53,825 bases of DNA. Source: a candidate division WOR-3 bacterium. Lineage in GTDB: Bacteria > Hydrothermota > Tepidihabitantia > Tepidihabitantales > CAIPLT01. The position numbers and the translations under genes are program-made. A model generated the notes under the pieces. The model ran no database searches, was not told where the DNA came from, and worked only from the letters and a program-made list of their open reading frames with translations. Of the stretch, positions 49,779 to 53,825 are shown piece after piece. The stretch lies in assembly GCA_965649215.1 (NCBI GenBank), contig CBFGJZ010000009.1, positions 1 to 53,825 on the forward strand, written 5' to 3'. Position 1 is the stretch's first letter, and the number at the start of each line of letters is the position of its first letter.

Positions 49779-50075
49779 ATGATTGCAATTTTAGGTTCGC
49801 AAGAAAAAATCCAAAGCTTTCAAGCCCTGGGGATAAAAACTGTTCCTTGTGATGCAAGCAATGCTTTGACGATTGCTGAAAAACTTACACAGGACTATAA
49901 AATTATCTTTTATACGCAAGAACTCTATCCTGCTTTAAAAGATTTAATTATGAGATTTCAAAAGTATCCCCTACCCTGTTTTGCTCTCTTGCCATCATTA
50001 CAAGAACAATTAACTCAAGAGCGCATTCGGGAACTTGTAAAAAAAGCCACCGGCACCGATTTATTAAAAAAATGA
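49779..50075 (+). CDS. V/A-type ATPase subunit F
   Basis: IAILG...FQALGI...LP...IRELVKKATGTDL; position in the cluster. Confidence 0.88.
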   Translation: MIAILGSQEKIQSFQALGIKTVPCDASNALTIAEKLTQDYKIIFYTQELYPALKDLIMRFQKYPLPCFALLPSLQEQLTQERIRELVKKATGTDLLKK

Positions 50076-50097
50076 AGCAAACGATTATTAACTAATT

Positions 50098-51858
50098 ATG
50101 GGTATCATTACAAAAGTATCTGGACCTTTAGTTACTGCCAAAGAGATGAGTCATAGCAAAATGTATGATATCTGTCGTGTCAGCGACAAACATCTCTTAG
50201 GCGAGATTATTGAATTTAAAGGCGATATCGCCTCAATTCAAGTTTATGAAGAGACGGATGGTATTGGACCCGGTGAAAAAGTTGAACCATTAGGCACACC
50301 GTTAATGGTTGAATTAGGGCCAGGTTTAATCAGTTCGATTTATGATGGTATTCAGCGTCCGTTAGATGTGATTGCTGAACAATACGGTTATTTAATTCCG
50401 CGGGGTACTGAACTACCTGCTTTAGACCGCAAGAAAAAATGGTATTTTAAGCCCACCGTCAAAGCGCCAAGCAAAGTCATTGGTGGTGATATTATTGGCG
50501 AAGTTCAGGAGACCGTTTTAGTCAAACACAAAATTATGATTCCGCCAAACATCTCCGGTGAACTCATCTCCATCAAAGAAGGTGAGTTTACAGTCCTAGA
50601 CCCGATTGCCGAAGTTAAGACCACTGATGGTATTGTGAAGATTACGATGCTACAAAAATGGCCGGTGCGTCGGCCCCGTCCGTATCAGAAAAAACTGCCC
50701 CCTGAAGAATCCCTTTTAACTGGCCAACGGATTATTGATACTTTCTTTCCGATTGGCAAAGGTGGCACCGCGTGTGTGCCGGGTCCGTTCGGTTCAGGTA
50801 AAACTGTTATTCAGCATCAATTTGCAAAATGGGCTGATGCTGAAATTATCATCTTTGTCGGTTGCGGGGAACGGGGCAATGAAATGGCTGATGTCTTGCT
50901 TGAATTTCCCCGACTCAAAGACCCAAAGACCAATGAACCGTTAATGAAACGCACGGTTTTAATTGCCAATACTTCTAATATGCCGGTGGCAGCTCGTGAA
51001 GCATCAGTTTATACGGGCATTACGATTGGCGAATACTTTCGGGATATGGGTTATTCAGTGGCTTTACAAGCAGACTCTACATCCCGCTGGGCAGAAGCAT
51101 TACGAGAGATTTCAGGTCGCTTAGAAGAGATGCCTGGTGAAGAAGGTTATCCGGCTTATCTCGGCGCGCGGATCGCTGAGTTTTATGAACGAGCGGGTAA
51201 AGTGCAAGCCTTAGGCAGTGATTGTCGCTGTGGTGCTTTATCAGTAATCGGTTCGGTTTCACCACCCGGTGGTGATTTATCAGACCCTGTGGTTCAAGCC
51301 ACCTTACGAGTCGTTAAAGTCTTTTGGAGTTTAGAAGACAAACTTGCCTTTAAGCGTCATTTTCCTGCTATCTCCTGGCTCAATTCCTATTCCCTCTATA
51401 CCGAAAGTTTACGGCATTACATTGAAAAGACGGTTAGTGAAGTCTTTATCAAAAATGCGGAACAAGCCTTATATCTCTTAGAAAAAGAAGCCGAATTAGA
51501 AGAGATTGTCCGTTTAGTTGGAAAAGATACTTTGACCGCTCAGGACCGCTTAATTTTAGAAGTTGCCCGTTCGCTCCGAGAAGACTTTTTACATCAGAAT
51601 GCCTTCTTAGAAATTGACACTTACACTTCAATTAATAAACAGGCGGAAATGTTAGATGTCATCTTATACTTTTATGAAAAAGCCAAAGCCGTATTAGACC
51701 AAACTCCGTTGGACTTACAAGCAAGTAAAATTGCTGAGATTGAAAAATTACCAATTCGCGAACAGATTGCACGGATGAAGTTTATTCCTGAAAGTGAACG
51801 CACTAATATCATCTTAATCAAACAAGAAATTGACCGTCAACTCTCACAATCGGAGTAA
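50098..51858 (+). CDS. V/A-type ATPase subunit A
   Basis: GPFGSGKT, GCGERGNEM, NTSNMPVAAREAS, DSTSRWAEALREISGRLEEMPGEEGYPAYL. No intein. Confidence 0.97.
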   Translation: MGIITKVSGPLVTAKEMSHSKMYDICRVSDKHLLGEIIEFKGDIASIQVYEETDGIGPGEKVEPLGTPLMVELGPGLISSIYDGIQRPLDVIAEQYGYLIPRGTELPALDRKKKWYFKPTVKAPSKVIGGDIIGEVQETVLVKHKIMIPPNISGELISIKEGEFTVLDPIAEVKTTDGIVKITMLQKWPVRRPRPYQKKLPPEESLLTGQRIIDTFFPIGKGGTACVPGPFGSGKTVIQHQFAKWADAEIIIFVGCGERGNEMADVLLEFPRLKDPKTNEPLMKRTVLIANTSNMPVAAREASVYTGITIGEYFRDMGYSVALQADSTSRWAEALREISGRLEEMPGEEGYPAYLGARIAEFYERAGKVQALGSDCRCGALSVIGSVSPPGGDLSDPVVQATLRVVKVFWSLEDKLAFKRHFPAISWLNSYSLYTESLRHYIEKTVSEVFIKNAEQALYLLEKEAELEEIVRLVGKDTLTAQDRLILEVARSLREDFLHQNAFLEIDTYTSINKQAEMLDVILYFYEKAKAVLDQTPLDLQASKIAEIEKLPIREQIARMKFIPESERTNIILIKQEIDRQLSQSE

Positions 51859-51861
51859 AAT

Positions 51862-53238
51862 ATGATTGAATATCGCACGATTAAATCAATTGCCGGGCCC
51901 TTGATTATTGTTGAGAATACCAAGAATGTCAAGTATATGGAATTGGTTGAGATAACTTTGGCTGATGGTTCCACTCGCTCGGGTCAAGTCTTAGAAGTCA
52001 ATGAAGACAAAGCCTTGATTCAAGTCTTTGAAGGCACCAGTGGCATTGATTTAAATAATACCAAAGTGCGCTTTTTAGCCAAAGGTATCACATTAGGCTT
52101 ATCACCTGATATTTTGGGTCGGGTCTTTTCTGGTTTAGGCAAACCCCGTGATGGTGGTCCGCCGATTATTCCGCAAAAATGGATGGAAATCACAGGTTCA
52201 CCGGTCAATCCCTATGCGCGGGAATATCCCAATGAATTTATTCAAACGGGTATTTCTGCAATTGATGGTCTGAACACTTGTGTGCGCGGTCAAAAATTAC
52301 CCATCTTTTCCGTCTCGGGTCTGCCGCATAATCGTTTAGTGGCTCAGATTATGCGACAAGCCAAAGTCTTAAAAAGCAATGAAGATGAAGCCAGCACCGA
52401 TTTTGCAATTGTCTTTGGGGCGATGGGAATCACTTTTGAAGAAGCCGAGTTTTTTATCTCTAATCTCACCAATTCCGGTGCGCTTGCGCGGACCGTCTTT
52501 TTCTTAAATTTAGCTGACGAACCTGCCATTGAAAGAATTGCCACACCGCGTGCTGCGTTAACTGCGGCGGAATATTTAGCCTATGAATGCAATATGCATG
52601 TCTTGGTGATTTTATCCGATATGACCAACTATTGCGAAGCCTTACGAGAAATCTCAACTGACCGTAAAGAAATTCCTGGTCGTCGTGGTTATCCTGGTTA
52701 TCTCTATACTGATTTAGCCACGATTTATGAGCGTTGTGGTCGGATCAAAGGCAAAAGCGGTTCGATTACTATGATTCCGGTTTTAACCATGCCGGAAGAT
52801 GACAAGACCCATCCCATTCCTGACCTTACGGGTTATATTACCGAAGGTCAGATTATCTTATCTCGCGCCTTAAACAAAAAAGGCATCTCACCACCGATTG
52901 ATGTCTTGCCATCACTCTCGCGCTTAAAAGACAAAGGCATTGGTGAAGGCAAAACCCGTGAAGACCATGCTGACTTATTCAATCAACTCTATGCGGCGTA
53001 TGCGCGGGGTAAAGAAGCTGAAGAATTACAAGTCATTTTAGGTGAAGCCGCACTCTCAGAAATGGATAAAGTCTATCTTAAATTTGCAGAGATCTTTGAA
53101 AAAGAATATGTCGCACAGGGTGAATACGAAGACCGCTCAATCTTTCAAACTTTAGATTTAGGTTGGAAACTCTTAAAAATCTTTCCGCGCAGTGAATTAA
53201 AACGAGTCCGCGAAAAGTTTTTAGACAAATACTTTTAA
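51862..53238 (+). CDS. V/A-type ATPase subunit B
   Basis: [55 protein letters not shown]. Confidence 0.97.
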   Translation: MIEYRTIKSIAGPLIIVENTKNVKYMELVEITLADGSTRSGQVLEVNEDKALIQVFEGTSGIDLNNTKVRFLAKGITLGLSPDILGRVFSGLGKPRDGGPPIIPQKWMEITGSPVNPYAREYPNEFIQTGISAIDGLNTCVRGQKLPIFSVSGLPHNRLVAQIMRQAKVLKSNEDEASTDFAIVFGAMGITFEEAEFFISNLTNSGALARTVFFLNLADEPAIERIATPRAALTAAEYLAYECNMHVLVILSDMTNYCEALREISTDRKEIPGRRGYPGYLYTDLATIYERCGRIKGKSGSITMIPVLTMPEDDKTHPIPDLTGYITEGQIILSRALNKKGISPPIDVLPSLSRLKDKGIGEGKTREDHADLFNQLYAAYARGKEAEELQVILGEAALSEMDKVYLKFAEIFEKEYVAQGEYEDRSIFQTLDLGWKLLKIFPRSELKRVREKFLDKYF

Positions 53239-53258
53239 CAAAACAAGCATAAGATTTT

Positions 53259-53295
53259 GATGCCGAAAGATCGGCAGTCAATCTCTCGGCATCAG
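53259..53295. terminator. Hairpin between convergent subunit B and 53309..53680
   Basis: TGATGCCGAAAGAT ... ATCTCTCGGCATCA, a 14-bp stem whose single mismatch is a G-U pair on the minus strand. No clear U-tract. Confidence 0.6.
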
Positions 53296-53308
53296 TGGTT
53301 AGTTTAGT

Positions 53309-53680
53309 TTATGGAGTTGGTCCGACTAAGGCAAAAACGGTATTGCGAATGCGTTCTAAGATGTCTCGGTCAAGTCCGCGTGCCACCCATTTATTCAAAA
53401 CCACATCAACTGCATTAATCAGTTGTCCACCGGAAAACTTTGCCGCTAACTTAAAAACTTCACGGCCAAAGTTTAGGTAGGATGGGTTTAAGATGGTCGC
53501 AATGCCGGCTTCGGCTAAGATTAACTTGACTTCGCTCTCCAGATTCTCTTGCTTGGGAAAGATATCGGCCAGTTGGTCGAGCATCTTTTCTTTATAACCA
53601 GCAAGCTTCTGAGAGACGACATCACCCGAAAACATCGCATTCCATTTATCCAGTCGTCTTGACGCAGGTCTTGTTGCCAC
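53309..53680 (-). CDS. Small helical protein resembling the SIRV2/rudivirus (Adnaviria) major capsid protein
   Basis: GTG start with strong RBS AAGGAGGTGA. Pattern RxxKWxxxF...VxSxxL...PK...VxxxLxxxGI......YxxFGxxV...SGxxLxN is colinear with SIRV2 MCP as I recall it. Confidence 0.75.
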   Translation of the reverse strand: MATRPASRRLDKWNAMFSGDVVSQKLAGYKEKMLDQLADIFPKQENLESEVKLILAEAGIATILNPSYLNFGREVFKLAAKFSGGQLINAVDVVLNKWVARGLDRDILERIRNTVFALVGPTP

Positions 53681-53825
53681 TACTCATCACCTCCTTTCCT
53701 TACCATCCCCGTCTCATGATTGTTGTGGCTAGCACACAAAACAACAACTGCCTGATTCGGTTTTAGGTAAGTCTATAATTATAAAAATCTTGACAAATAC
53801 CAAAATTTAGTTACCATATCACGGT

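Noticed and set aside
50098-51858. Intein in ATPase subunit A
   Set aside because: The length (586 aa) is normal and GSGKT and surrounding motifs are uninterrupted.

Overview
AT-rich bacterial chromosome segment. The many large secreted proteins ending in a Kelch-like propeller plus a Por/T9SS-type C-terminal sorting domain, together with a V/A-type ATPase and a membrane pyrophosphatase, suggest an anaerobic FCB-related lineage such as candidate division WOR-3 (inference). The left two-thirds holds seven large modular surface proteins (one truncated by the window edge), interleaved with mnmG, hppA, tRNA-Arg(ACG)-tadA-tRNA-Ser(CGA), nadB and xerD. A minus-strand operon encodes a pilin/WxL-like protein, a doubled chaperone-like protein, a lone secretin and a large adhesin. 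The right part has a hydrogenase maturation protease, RidA, phosphate butyryltransferase, RseC, a LonC-type protease, hutH and a partial V-ATPase cluster (C, F, A, B). The most striking item is the 123-aa ORF at 53309-53680, which aligns by eye along its full length with the SIRV2/rudivirus (Adnaviria) A-form-DNA-wrapping major capsid protein, with no viral genes nearby in the window. Other leads are several structured intergenic RNA candidates, a recurrent C-tract/TTGA-TCAA upstream module and apparent leaderless housekeeping mRNAs. All assignments are by motif recognition; no searches were run.
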